DNA of 64,000 nt. Source: an uncultured Candidatus Poseidoniales archaeon (GTDB lineage: Archaea > Thermoplasmatota > Poseidoniia > Poseidoniales > Poseidoniaceae). Numbering within the stretch: the stretch's first letter is position 1; the number at the start of each line of letters is the position of its first letter. The notes under the pieces are model-generated. The model worked only from the letters and a program-made list of their open reading frames with translations, did no database searches and was not told the DNA's origin. Location of the stretch: contig CAJIYT010000022.1 in NCBI GenBank assembly GCA_905181715.1, positions 26,466-90,465 of the forward strand, given 5' to 3'. This document shows positions 24,353-34,919 of the stretch, piece by piece. The position numbers and the translations under genes were made by a program.

Positions 24353-25399
24353 TTAGCTTTTTTCCTGTTCTAAGGAAGGCATCAATTTCGCTGCATCACC
24401 AGTTTGATTTATCTCTAAACCAGCACCCATGTATTTGCGATTCATCACGAATGGTGTGATTAATACTGCTATCATCGTCGACATGCAGGTTAGAGAAACC
24501 GTCCAATTAGGCAACACAGTGCCTCTCTCTTCTACGATGATAGTCACATCGGCTACTGTGACCACACCTGGGGAGGGAGCGTCATTTTGATGATCGTTAT
24601 CCCATGTATCAACAACAACGTAAAATTGCTCCCATTGCGAATCTCCCCAAAGATTCGAATGGACCTCAGGTCCATCGAGTGATACTGAAAAGGTCACTTC
24701 ATCAATCGATTCATACAAGTGGGAATCCCTATATGTGTCCCATCCTAATATGTTGAAACTACGCCATTCAGGAGGTATGTCACTCGTTGCACCCATCTCG
24801 TCATAATAGTTGCTAAACGATTGACCATAAGTTGTTGTATAACGGTCCCATTCTGTCGACGTAAGCAGGTAAACATCGCCTTTAACGGCTGAATAATTGC
24901 CATTATCTAAACCCTGTAAAGTAACACAAAACGTGCTACGGTGTGATGATGAAAGGTTCACCACATAGGCGCCAACACTATTATTTCCAATAACCATAGT
25001 CGCTCTAATATTCTCCTGCAAAGGTTCCAATGTCCAGAAATTATTATTTTTCATCCACGATTCTTCGGGTTCCTCAGTATCATCGATTATGACCGTATCT
25101 TCGAATGGCTGTGAAGACATATCGTCACCACCTCTACGACGATTATCACCCTCCCAGTCCTCATAATACCAATCATTGGAAGATGAAGGAGTGATGGCAA
25201 CCCTACTTACGGTCTCATTCCAACGCACGGAAGGAATCTCCCCGCTACAATTGCTCGCAGCCTCTACTGCTGGCAAAGGGTCAAGAGCAGAGGGCATCAA
25301 TGGCAAAAGCATAGCCAAGACGAAAATTGAAACCAACTTTGCTCGCATGCCTGCCCCCCTATACGGATATGAGACGTCAAGGCTTGAAGGTCTTTTCAT
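24353..25399 (-). CDS. Hypothetical secreted protein with C-terminal membrane anchor
   Basis: Signal peptide, Trp/Asp-rich ectodomain, C-terminal TM; start overlaps the stop of the upstream PKD gene (alternative start 25348). Confidence 0.7.
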   Translation of the reverse strand: MKRPSSLDVSYPYRGAGMRAKLVSIFVLAMLLPLMPSALDPLPAVEAASNCSGEIPSVRWNETVSRVAITPSSSNDWYYEDWEGDNRRRGGDDMSSQPFEDTVIIDDTEEPEESWMKNNNFWTLEPLQENIRATMVIGNNSVGAYVVNLSSSHRSTFCVTLQGLDNGNYSAVKGDVYLLTSTEWDRYTTTYGQSFSNYYDEMGATSDIPPEWRSFNILGWDTYRDSHLYESIDEVTFSVSLDGPEVHSNLWGDSQWEQFYVVVDTWDNDHQNDAPSPGVVTVADVTIIVEERGTVLPNWTVSLTCMSTMIAVLITPFVMNRKYMGAGLEINQTGDAAKLMPSLEQEKS

Positions 25400-28300
25400 C
25401 AGGGCCGTCGTCGTAAAGGCCTAACGTAACCACTTGATGTGCTACGCCGGTTTTCCTTTGAAAGTATTTCAGGAGCAGGAGGAGGCGTATGCTGATCCAT
25501 ACCCAAAACCCCTCCTTTGACTTCAACATGCTCAACCTCGTAAACTTCAGCAGCCTCACCTGCTTCTGACTCTAAATCAGTAGGAGTACGCATTACCGCC
25601 CATCCTAGAATTAATACAGATACGAGGAGGAGGATTACCATCAAAGAATCGCTTCCCGCCTCTCCAGCCCATGCCTTCCATTCATCCATAGAGAATTCTG
25701 AAAAAGATGGATCTGCATTAACCTCTGATTTTATTTCGATACTGAAATCCTTACTGACACAGATGCCTAAACCATCACAAACTTGGATTCTAGCTAATTG
25801 ATAACCAGATTTATTGAATATCGAGGCGATTTTTACTCCGCCTTCACTATTTGGAATAATCCAATCATTCTCGCTATCACCATCGCCATCATCATCATAA
25901 AGCAGGTCTAAATCCCATTTTACAGAAAGAATAGAGGAGATTCGAACATCTTTGTTAGTTATGTCGCCATCTTCGACATTGGTATCACGCCATATGATTC
26001 GTTGCTCATCCGTCTCTAAATCTGTGATGTTTGCATTGAAAATTGTGGTTTCATTGACATTAATGTTCAGCGGATAATCCAAACTATTGACCACTGGTGC
26101 TTCGTTTATTACGATTTCAAAACTCGCACGGGTCACATCCCCTGTCAGATAAGAATCACGTACGATTAGAGTGATGGTATAATTACCTGGCAATTCATAA
26201 TGATGCCAAGGCATAGGATCATGATCAACCGGAGTTGCATCACCGAAATCCCAGGTATATTCTACCAAACCATTCCAATTGGAATTTTCCATTTCAAGAG
26301 GTAAAAATCTACCATCGAACTTATCGTCTCCATCTCTAGTTCCAGTCGAATCAAAATAAAGCATTGTTCCGATTGCCGCATAGGTGCGGCCTTCGGGGTC
26401 AAATGTATGAGACCATGAATCAACTACTGTCCCTACGGGCATAGGAGTATATTTGTCAATAATTTCATCATCTATCCATCCTTCGAGTATTCTCAACTCA
26501 ATTAGTGGCAAAGGATTGACGACAATTATCGAAACATTGCGCTCTTCACTAAGATCGCCAACTTCATCGGTAACTATCAATCTAGCCCAATGTTGCCCCG
26601 GTTCACTGAAATTATGACTTACCTGAGCCTTATCGGAAGTGCTACCATCTGTAAATAGCCAGTCAAAAGTAAGGATGCTTGAGTCTGGAAGACTTCCATC
26701 TGGGTCATAGCTATCACGGCCATCGAAGGTATATGCAGTGCCTACTCTGCCATCACTTACACGGAAATCGATTTCCGGAGTTGCACTATTTGTAGAATCT
26801 CTTACGCTGAAATCTGCAGTTGGGCGTTGATTTATCACCATCACCTGCAATTGGCGTGTACTTCGATCACCATCATTGTCTATAGCAGTAACTGTAATGT
26901 TTTTCAGACCATGAGAATTCCATGCTGGCGAGGGGTTACTTTCGCTAGAAACAGTTGAAATGAAGAGGTCGGTTCGATCTACATTCTCTCCAGCAAGATT
27001 AACCGGCTCACTAAAAACCCATTCCCAAGCGATAATCTGACCATCGACATCATCAAAGGTATCGGCCATAGTGAGTGGAGTGTAAGTTAAGGTTGTCAGA
27101 TCACCAGTGTAAACTAGTTCTGGAGGTCGATTCTGAATGTAAATTAGCAACTCCTTATAGCCAACATTAGTTCCATCAGAAACACTCAGATTCAACACAT
27201 ATGCCGTAACATTGGTATCACCATCAGCCCACATATGAATCGCTTGATATATGCCCAAACCACTTGTTATCTCACCATCACCCCAATCCCAACTAAAGTG
27301 AAGCATGTCATCAGGAACATTGTCACTCGTTGCTATTGCATCGAATTGGATGGTTTGACCAGTTAAGAGATACAACTCTGTATCATATATCACACCATTG
27401 ACCCTAATGATCGGCACAGGAATGATGTCGTCAGTGATATTGATTGTGAAATTCTGAATATCAGACCAATCACCTCCTCCGTCCTGCACTCTCAATGTGA
27501 CATTGTACTGACCGAGGTCCGGGAATGAACGTACAGGACTATGCAGCCCAGAGTCATTACCATCATCGAAATCCCATAAGTAAGCGACTGGAGACTCATT
27601 GTATGGCAAGGTGTTATTGGCCAAAGAAAGACCCCATCTGTCGACACCCCCTCCTAAGAATTGGATATTCTCCCAGTTGCGGACATCAGTGTCGGTAACA
27701 CTACCATTTGCAGTCGGCCTCATATTTGCAATCGCCGTAAGAGGAGTGGATTTACTATCGATTTGATTGCCTTGCAAATCCTTTATTTTAACCTCGAAAA
27801 GATAGTTATCAGTCTTGTCGGCAGTAAACCAAATCGCTGAAGAGGTAGGTGAACTCCCTCCTGCTTGAACCCTCTGAGTGATAGTGTCGACAACCGCATT
27901 AGTGCTATCGCTAACCACAACTTCAACATCTAATAATTCAAGGAAGGCATTAGAATCAACTTCAAAACCAATTCTGACAGTATCATCGAAAGTATCACCA
28001 TCACGATCAGTTAATTCGATTATTGAATCGAGGCTAAGAGAAGCCGGGTCTACGATTCTTGCAACTTCGATATCAACTGTTGCTACAGGGTAGTAGCCAC
28101 CTCTCTTCAACACATCACCAACAAGTACGTCTGTAACAGTGTTATCTTCAAAAGTTATTTTTTGGCCTCCTGTGGCCAGATTATTAATCAGTTCAATCTT
28201 ACCTATATGAGAATCTGTGCTTGTAAAAGCGTGATCACCAACACTGAATTGACTAGCGGACGAAGTCCACAATTCTTTGGTGCTTCCAGCAGGGAAATCC

Positions 28301-29835
28301 CCACCAAGTGAAGGATTATCGGTATTCTCGATTACTGTTGTAGTTGTAGAAACGCCAGGCCAAAAACCACAATTCTTGTAATTACAATCCCCGAAATTTG
28401 GAACGTCGAGCCAGGTTATGACGTGTACTTCATCGACATCACCACCAAAACCACTTACCATTCCGGTGCCGATACCATTTGTAAAAGAGATATCATTTAC
28501 AGTATATTGACCATCGGCTGAAGATCGAGATACCGTAATACCTTGGAAGCCATCTACTGAACCAGTCAAACGCAAAGTCAAGGGAACCGCACTTGTACCG
28601 CCTGGTTCGAGTTTGAAGACCCTCAAGCCCCAACCTTCAGTCTCATGACCCGTTGATACCCAAGAGTTGGAATCCCAATTGGAGTTTGTATCTGCTGGTT
28701 GAACTCGGCAAAACGCATTGCTCGAGCAAACCGGAGTGAGATCGATATTTGACATGCCATATATCGACTGATCGCTATCTAATGTTGCTGCTATTGAGAA
28801 GTTTTTCCATATACTATTGAAATCATCTCCGATGTATCCTGAAGGCACACCTATCGGATTGAGACCAAGGTTTTCCACACCTCTCCATCCAGTGGAAGAG
28901 TCAGATACAAGATTACGTATTGCAGCACCTCCGCCTAATTGATCTGCAAGATAGAGCATGAAAAGGAAGCCAGCGCCATAATCAGCAGTATCCAATGACT
29001 GGTCCCACCAACGTACGGACTCTGAAGATCTTTGACTCCAAGCATTAACGTGCCCATATAGTGTTGAAGAGCCACCAAAGCACAAGAATGCAGCCATATC
29101 TGCTGCTCCTTCATCAACCCAATTATTTTCATTAGGGTCTAATGCATTATGCAATAAATGTTGCAACTCATGAGCTAAGATAACTTTCGACCATGGTAAT
29201 GAAGCATCGGAATAATCGACAAACACAGATTCACCAAAGGTCGAAGACGAAAAGAAGCCGCCGGTGCCGAATGCACCATCGATTTCGATGATGACGACTT
29301 CGATTTGGCAATTGTTATCTGTATCTGGGGGAGAAAGACCATTTCCATCGTTGTAATCTTTACCGAAATAAGTCATCAATACTGGCTCGATGGTTTGATC
29401 CCATGTTGTCGCCCAATCATTTAGCACCGAGGCTTGCAATACGTAGCCGTCTTCGACCATGAAAGCCGCGGTCGGAGTCACTTTCTGAACAGTTAGAGCT
29501 TTTGTCGAACCCGATACAGACATCGTAGTTGTGTCGCTTATTGCCCATGGAGTGCATGCACGACCTGAAGTACGAACATTGATCACTGGCTGAGAGAATC
29601 CCGAAGATGCAAATTCTTCACTCATATGTCTTGTTGCAGAAAAGACTGGCTGCTCTGCATTAGGCATTAGATATTGACGTGCTTTACTAAGATCATTAGT
29701 AGCCGGGTTTCCGATTACAGAAACGATTTCTCCAGTCAATTCTTGTTGACCATCTGCTGAGACCAAAGGTGCTGCAGCAGAGACCAACATAAGCAAGGAG
29801 AATAGAAGCGGTGCTGTGTATCGATTATTTGACAT
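25399..29835 (-). CDS. Large secreted zinc metallopeptidase (M30/M6-like) with multiple PKD domains and membrane anchor
   Basis: Signal peptide; LAHELQH..WVDEGAA; PKD motifs WDFDDG, WDWGDG, WDFGDA; C-terminal TM; GAGGAG SD. Confidence 0.88.
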   Translation of the reverse strand: MSNNRYTAPLLFSLLMLVSAAAPLVSADGQQELTGEIVSVIGNPATNDLSKARQYLMPNAEQPVFSATRHMSEEFASSGFSQPVINVRTSGRACTPWAISDTTTMSVSGSTKALTVQKVTPTAAFMVEDGYVLQASVLNDWATTWDQTIEPVLMTYFGKDYNDGNGLSPPDTDNNCQIEVVIIEIDGAFGTGGFFSSSTFGESVFVDYSDASLPWSKVILAHELQHLLHNALDPNENNWVDEGAADMAAFLCFGGSSTLYGHVNAWSQRSSESVRWWDQSLDTADYGAGFLFMLYLADQLGGGAAIRNLVSDSSTGWRGVENLGLNPIGVPSGYIGDDFNSIWKNFSIAATLDSDQSIYGMSNIDLTPVCSSNAFCRVQPADTNSNWDSNSWVSTGHETEGWGLRVFKLEPGGTSAVPLTLRLTGSVDGFQGITVSRSSADGQYTVNDISFTNGIGTGMVSGFGGDVDEVHVITWLDVPNFGDCNYKNCGFWPGVSTTTTVIENTDNPSLGGDFPAGSTKELWTSSASQFSVGDHAFTSTDSHIGKIELINNLATGGQKITFEDNTVTDVLVGDVLKRGGYYPVATVDIEVARIVDPASLSLDSIIELTDRDGDTFDDTVRIGFEVDSNAFLELLDVEVVVSDSTNAVVDTITQRVQAGGSSPTSSAIWFTADKTDNYLFEVKIKDLQGNQIDSKSTPLTAIANMRPTANGSVTDTDVRNWENIQFLGGGVDRWGLSLANNTLPYNESPVAYLWDFDDGNDSGLHSPVRSFPDLGQYNVTLRVQDGGGDWSDIQNFTINITDDIIPVPIIRVNGVIYDTELYLLTGQTIQFDAIATSDNVPDDMLHFSWDWGDGEITSGLGIYQAIHMWADGDTNVTAYVLNLSVSDGTNVGYKELLIYIQNRPPELVYTGDLTTLTYTPLTMADTFDDVDGQIIAWEWVFSEPVNLAGENVDRTDLFISTVSSESNPSPAWNSHGLKNITVTAIDNDGDRSTRQLQVMVINQRPTADFSVRDSTNSATPEIDFRVSDGRVGTAYTFDGRDSYDPDGSLPDSSILTFDWLFTDGSTSDKAQVSHNFSEPGQHWARLIVTDEVGDLSEERNVSIIVVNPLPLIELRILEGWIDDEIIDKYTPMPVGTVVDSWSHTFDPEGRTYAAIGTMLYFDSTGTRDGDDKFDGRFLPLEMENSNWNGLVEYTWDFGDATPVDHDPMPWHHYELPGNYTITLIVRDSYLTGDVTRASFEIVINEAPVVNSLDYPLNINVNETTIFNANITDLETDEQRIIWRDTNVEDGDITNKDVRISSILSVKWDLDLLYDDDGDGDSENDWIIPNSEGGVKIASIFNKSGYQLARIQVCDGLGICVSKDFSIEIKSEVNADPSFSEFSMDEWKAWAGEAGSDSLMVILLLVSVLILGWAVMRTPTDLESEAGEAAEVYEVEHVEVKGGVLGMDQHTPPPAPEILSKENRRSTSSGYVRPLRRRP

Positions 29836-29906
29836 CGTGACATCTCCTCTTTGGCAGTTAACCCACCAGAACTAACCTGATGAAATGAGGTATTTAAGAC
29901 TCGGCG

Positions 29907-31118
29907 ATGGTGGCGTCATCTATGATGAGGCGGGTGCTTACGGCTATCGCCCTTATTCTCATATTACCAATCGCTTCATCAGATGGTGAAATTCACACCA
30001 CTAATGGCATTATCACTCATGATATCTTGTGTTCACAGATAGATGAACTGCAATTTGATGGCGAACGGGCGAACCAAAGCGTAGCCTACCAAGTTGGACT
30101 CGGACCAAGAATACCACAGAGTAATGCAAGTTCAATATTGAGAACTTCGATTTCTGAAAACCTCACCGGCTGGCAGGTACAAAACCAAAGTCATCAATTA
30201 GATGGACTTGAAATCGTAAATCTAGAAGCAACTCTCAATGCCGGCGCAGGGAAGATCGTGGTACTGATGGCTCATTATGATACCAGACAGGTCTCTGACC
30301 AAGAAGAGGATTCTAATCTATCTATACTCCCGGTGCCTGGCGCAAATGATGGAGCGAGTGGAGTAGCCGTATTATTGGAACTAGCTCGTCACATTCCTGC
30401 CATGAATCTCTCACATGAGATAAGATTAGTATTTACTGATGTAGAAGATCAAGGCGATATTGCTTCTGGCGGGGTATCCATTCCATGGGCTAGCGGATCC
30501 CGCTTGTGGACTGAGAATCTGACCGTAGGTGAAATAGAAAATATTTCCTCGCTTATCGTGGTAGACATGGTTGGCGATAGTAACCTCACATTAACCCGCA
30601 CATCACCCGGAAATGAGACGATGTGGCAAGCCGTTGAAATGCTCTCAGCATCCTTGGGAATGGTCGCTGATAAAGAGGATTGCAATGGAGATAATGGTAG
30701 TGGCCAGATGGACACAAGTACCACCATCGGGATTTTGGATGACCACACTTATCCTATATCAGTCGGAATTCCGGCGATTGACATTATTGATGTCAAATAT
30801 GGCAGCGATGAGGTCTTAGCAGGTCATTGGCACACACAAAACGATAGTATCGATAAGGTATCAGCCCAGAGTCTTCAATCTGTTGGTCATCTGGTAGAAT
30901 TGGGTTTGCGGGCGCAGGTATGGAGCGGGATATCAGAGCCACCATCGCATGAGATAGAAGAAGAGCAGAAATTGATTACTGATGATATTGCTGAAATCGA
31001 GGCCAAATCTCTTGATATGGAGTCGGCTGTAGTTGGTTCACTGATTATTTTCATGTTATTCGCTACAATTGCTGCTGTAGCGTCTGTGATATTCGCGGAG
31101 AGTGAAGGTGAACTGTGA
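29907..31118 (+). CDS. M28 family peptidase (glutaminyl cyclase-like), membrane anchored
   Basis: AHYDTR, GANDGASGVA, FTDVED, DMVG, DDH, WHTQND; C-terminal TM. Confidence 0.9.
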   Translation: MVASSMMRRVLTAIALILILPIASSDGEIHTTNGIITHDILCSQIDELQFDGERANQSVAYQVGLGPRIPQSNASSILRTSISENLTGWQVQNQSHQLDGLEIVNLEATLNAGAGKIVVLMAHYDTRQVSDQEEDSNLSILPVPGANDGASGVAVLLELARHIPAMNLSHEIRLVFTDVEDQGDIASGGVSIPWASGSRLWTENLTVGEIENISSLIVVDMVGDSNLTLTRTSPGNETMWQAVEMLSASLGMVADKEDCNGDNGSGQMDTSTTIGILDDHTYPISVGIPAIDIIDVKYGSDEVLAGHWHTQNDSIDKVSAQSLQSVGHLVELGLRAQVWSGISEPPSHEIEEEQKLITDDIAEIEAKSLDMESAVVGSLIIFMLFATIAAVASVIFAESEGEL

Positions 31119-31160
31119 AATCCGCGCACGTTATCAGCGGCATTAAGCGGAGGGGTTTGA

Positions 31161-32027
31161 TTGACAGATGACAAGAGCAACAAGCTCGCAGCACTTCGTG
31201 AAAGAGTACGTGCTAAAGTCGCTGACTCGAGACTAAAGTCGATGCGGAGAGAAAAAGCATTGGAAGAGGAAAATGATGGTGATGATGATGTCATCGAAAT
31301 CATGGTCGAACCGAGAAAACTACTGCATACAAATCTCGATTTCGAGGTTGATGAAACATATCATCTGCGAAAAATCGCATCAACTTTAATCCTGATTGGC
31401 AGTATATTGGGTATGGTCACAGGGGGCCTGATCTTACAAGGAAACCCTTCTGACCTACTAACTTCACCACTTTTTAGCAACTCTGAATCGGTTGATGTGC
31501 ATGGTTTTATTATAGATGAATCAGGTGAATTCGTAATCAATGCTACAATCCAATTGATTGAGCTATCGGATGATGCTGTCATTCAAGAAACTATGTCGGA
31601 TGAGAATGGTAGATTCTTGTTAGATGGAGTAATAGTCAAGAGGTCATTGATCAGAGTTTCAAAAGAAGGACATATTACAGTTGAAAGAACATTTGTTCCA
31701 CAAGAGATAGGTGTTGATGCTATCACTTTGAATTCTGGCGAGGGCATTAGGGAAGAAGATGACGACTCCCTCACTCAAGGATGGTCTTTAGAAGCTGCTG
31801 TGTCATTATCAACCATAATTGGTTTGTTCACACTCGGCACATCATTAATCGGGGTTCATGCCTCTATAGAAGCAGTTAGAGGGAAAAGATACCGCCGCAC
31901 TCAATACCTGGCCGGAATCGGGATTTTCAGTAGAGGATTAATCGTCTTCGGACCAATACTAATTCTGTGTGGCATGGGACTGCTTATCCTCTCAAGAGAT
32001 GGATTTGATGATCGGATGGATAATTGA
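31161..32027 (+). CDS. Membrane protein with carboxypeptidase-regulatory-like domain
   Basis: GFIIDESGE..NATI..TMSDENGRF..VSKEGH beta-sandwich between TMs. Confidence 0.75.
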   Translation: MTDDKSNKLAALRERVRAKVADSRLKSMRREKALEEENDGDDDVIEIMVEPRKLLHTNLDFEVDETYHLRKIASTLILIGSILGMVTGGLILQGNPSDLLTSPLFSNSESVDVHGFIIDESGEFVINATIQLIELSDDAVIQETMSDENGRFLLDGVIVKRSLIRVSKEGHITVERTFVPQEIGVDAITLNSGEGIREEDDDSLTQGWSLEAAVSLSTIIGLFTLGTSLIGVHASIEAVRGKRYRRTQYLAGIGIFSRGLIVFGPILILCGMGLLILSRDGFDDRMDN

Positions 32028-33376
32028 TGTATTTGATTTCAGTCGAAGGAGGGGACGGCTCGGGTAAAGGTGAGGCGGTAAGGCTACTCTCCGAGATTGC
32101 AGCCACATTCCCCTTTCCTAAAGTTCACGTCACTCATGAACCAAGAAGGCATAGCAAATTAGGAAAAATAGCCCTGGCGGCGGTGAAAAAAGAGAGCCTC
32201 AGCCCATTGAGAGAAGCTGGCCTCTTCGCCGCTGATCGCGTCGACCATTCACATACTTGGATCAGACCTAAATTGCAATGTGGTGAATTGGTCATCTCAG
32301 ATCGTAATGTCCATTCCTCACTGGTCTACCAAGGAATTGTTGGAAGTTTGGGGGTGGAATGTGTTGCGCAAATGAATTCGGCTGCAATGCGTCCTGATTT
32401 GGTGATTTGGATTGATTGCGACCCGAAAAAGGCTATGAAAAGAATAGAAACGGGAACCCTGAGGATCGCCGGAAGTGGTAAGCAGGAGTACTTTGAAACC
32501 ACCGAGTTACAAACCAAAATCAGAAAGGGATTCAGTGATATGTTTACTGGAAAAATCTCAATCCCACAACCATTCCATAAATGCTGTGTTGTCGGACCAA
32601 TACTCAATGAAGGTGGATTGGGTGAATTGGAACGTCAGTTGACAGAAACACTACGTGAGTTCATGAATCGCAGACCAGACCCCTTGAATTGCATTTCTGC
32701 CGATGTAGATATACACTTACTTACGAGGTTAGCACAAGGTGTCCAAGCCCAAATGCGATTACCTGGTGGACCACCAACCAATAGTTCACTATTGGAAAAT
32801 TGGCTCGGAGGAAAGGCTCCTGCACAATTAATGCAACAGGCAGAAGACGAATGGCCTACCGAAAGCGCAATGCGAGCAGACGTGCCAACGAATGTCCTTT
32901 CACGTTCTTCTTGGGCAGTTATCGGTACCCTCTCTCTAATGGATACCACAGATGTACCTACGCTGCATCAAAAACTTGGGCCGGTGCGCATGGTAACAAA
33001 ACGTCATACTCAACGCTTGATTAAATGGATGGAATCCGAAGGTTGGATTCACAAGCAGCAAAATCATATCCCGTTTAGGGAAGCACAGTTATTCAAATTG
33101 AAGAATAATCGCACAGGATATGCCAGATTGTCGTTAGTGATGTGGCCACTGCGTGCGGCATTGTCTTCGTGGCGGCGAAGTAACCCCAAAGGAGAGTGGG
33201 TAGACGCTTTGAAGGAGATCCTAGGAGAAAATTCCACCATGAGTAGCAAAGGTATCAATCAAGCGATTTCTTCAATAATATCACGCTTAGAGTTGATTTC
33301 CTCTGGTCACAAAGATTGTCCTTGCCCTAGCGACATTACAGAACTCATAGCTTGGTGGTCAACTCCACCGCCATGA
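32024..33376 (+). CDS. tmk: Thymidylate kinase with long C-terminal extension
   Basis: ISVEGGDGSGK, THEP, LFAADR, VISDR..SSLVYQG, PDLVIWID; about 235 extra residues at the C-terminus. Confidence 0.85.
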   Translation: MMYLISVEGGDGSGKGEAVRLLSEIAATFPFPKVHVTHEPRRHSKLGKIALAAVKKESLSPLREAGLFAADRVDHSHTWIRPKLQCGELVISDRNVHSSLVYQGIVGSLGVECVAQMNSAAMRPDLVIWIDCDPKKAMKRIETGTLRIAGSGKQEYFETTELQTKIRKGFSDMFTGKISIPQPFHKCCVVGPILNEGGLGELERQLTETLREFMNRRPDPLNCISADVDIHLLTRLAQGVQAQMRLPGGPPTNSSLLENWLGGKAPAQLMQQAEDEWPTESAMRADVPTNVLSRSSWAVIGTLSLMDTTDVPTLHQKLGPVRMVTKRHTQRLIKWMESEGWIHKQQNHIPFREAQLFKLKNNRTGYARLSLVMWPLRAALSSWRRSNPKGEWVDALKEILGENSTMSSKGINQAISSIISRLELISSGHKDCPCPSDITELIAWWSTPPP

Positions 33377-34126
33377 TTATTCTTGCTCGGTTAGTGGAAT
33401 TGTAAATCTAGCAGTTGAGGGTAAAAGAACCCTAGATGCATCATTATTGAAGAAAGATGGTCTAGATGAGAAAGATGCAGCAAGATAGAGAGAAATCAAA
33501 GTACCAAATGGTATGCCTGTCATTATTCTTACAAGGTTTGTAGATTCATATGAGGTTATCATTTGAGTAAAACCATCGATTGCAAGAGGTATTACTGTAA
33601 TCGCAGCAAGTAATAATACCGCCTTGGTACGCAAATTATTGCGATAGACAGATTCCAAACCGTTATCTGAGAAGATTGATAGCATTGTATCCCTTACAGT
33701 CCATCTATTCAATCCCCTACGGCTAAAGATAAAACCACCAAGCGCTAATCCAAAGAAAATACCTATATCCCTAGTGCAAACCGGCATCTGATTGCCGTTT
33801 ACCTGCCATGAACGCTCATATTTTTGATGACAATTCAAATCTCCAAAAGCATAAATGGAGGCTGAAAAAGGATCTAATTCAGACCATGCAAAGAGGCCTT
33901 CTGAAGGTTGATCATGGCCCATTTCACCTGTGTGCATATTATTACCCCAACTCGTAGTAGTCGAATAGTCGATTGTATTTGCTCTCCCAGAAAGCTTGGG
34001 AACTGAGGACTCGGGTAACATGTAAGGTACTAGGAAGAAAGAAAGAAGGAAGAAGAGACTTACGCCGCATACCCACATTCCGATTCGCCTTTCGCGATAA
34101 CGGCCGCCAAGTCCATTCCTTTCCAT
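33377..34126 (-). CDS. DUF2085 family membrane protein
   Basis: CHQKYERS...QMPVCTRDIGI, PLAIDGFTQ, RIMTG. Confidence 0.85.
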   Translation of the reverse strand: MERNGLGGRYRERRIGMWVCGVSLFFLLSFFLVPYMLPESSVPKLSGRANTIDYSTTTSWGNNMHTGEMGHDQPSEGLFAWSELDPFSASIYAFGDLNCHQKYERSWQVNGNQMPVCTRDIGIFFGLALGGFIFSRRGLNRWTVRDTMLSIFSDNGLESVYRNNLRTKAVLLLAAITVIPLAIDGFTQMITSYESTNLVRIMTGIPFGTLISLYLAASFSSRPSFFNNDASRVLLPSTARFTIPLTEQE

Positions 34127-34174
34127 ACAACGACGTGTGGTATTAATGACATATGCTTTGCCCTAGTGTAATTC

Positions 34175-34867
34175 ATGGCAGAAAGGGTTGGTTGGACTCG
34201 CGGCTCTTCTGCTGCTGCGGTTCTAGGACTCTACTGCGGATTCATGGTTGCTGTTGCTGTTGCCGTAATTTATCCCGAAGACCCTTTGCGTTCAGCTGCA
34301 AAAGCGTGGGGAATTACCATGATTGTCTCTATCATTACCTTGACGCCCTTTTTATCTAGAGGGCGTAAGCGAGGTCGGCCAGAAACTCTGTTGATCCTCG
34401 AAAATGTCAGAGATGATTTGCAGGTTTTTAATGAAGGGGTAAATCGATGGCGTGCATTATCTCATATCCGCAGGGAGGGTACTGGAGTATCGATAAAAAT
34501 ACTCGACTCCTCGAAACCGATGGCTATCGTTAAACAAGCAATTACTCATGCCAACATATGTAGTATCCAATTCAGAATCAAACCCCGGGAAGATGCGGAG
34601 TTACGGAGCGCTATCATCTCCTACCTAGTCAAAGAACTTGGGGCGTCACGAGTATCAAAGAAGAATAATTCAATTACACTAATGCAACCTCTAATAATGG
34701 ACAGAGCTACAATTATCACCCGCTCGATGATGATGATTCCTCCTCTAATGCTGATGGGGATAATGGCCTTTGATTCATTTTCCCCAGGTAACCTTGTCGC
34801 TAGAATAAGTGGTGGAATCGCGGGTATGTTTCTAGGCATAATGATAATCACCAATCGCGGTCGCTGA
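34175..34867 (+). CDS. Hypothetical membrane protein
   Basis: 230 aa with two N-terminal and two C-terminal hydrophobic helices; fills the gap between neighbours. Confidence 0.65.
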   Translation: MAERVGWTRGSSAAAVLGLYCGFMVAVAVAVIYPEDPLRSAAKAWGITMIVSIITLTPFLSRGRKRGRPETLLILENVRDDLQVFNEGVNRWRALSHIRREGTGVSIKILDSSKPMAIVKQAITHANICSIQFRIKPREDAELRSAIISYLVKELGASRVSKKNNSITLMQPLIMDRATIITRSMMMIPPLMLMGIMAFDSFSPGNLVARISGGIAGMFLGIMIITNRGR

Positions 34868-34919
34868 AGAACGAAATCAATACACACCCTTACAAATAAC
34901 GTCGCACAACGATGAGGCG

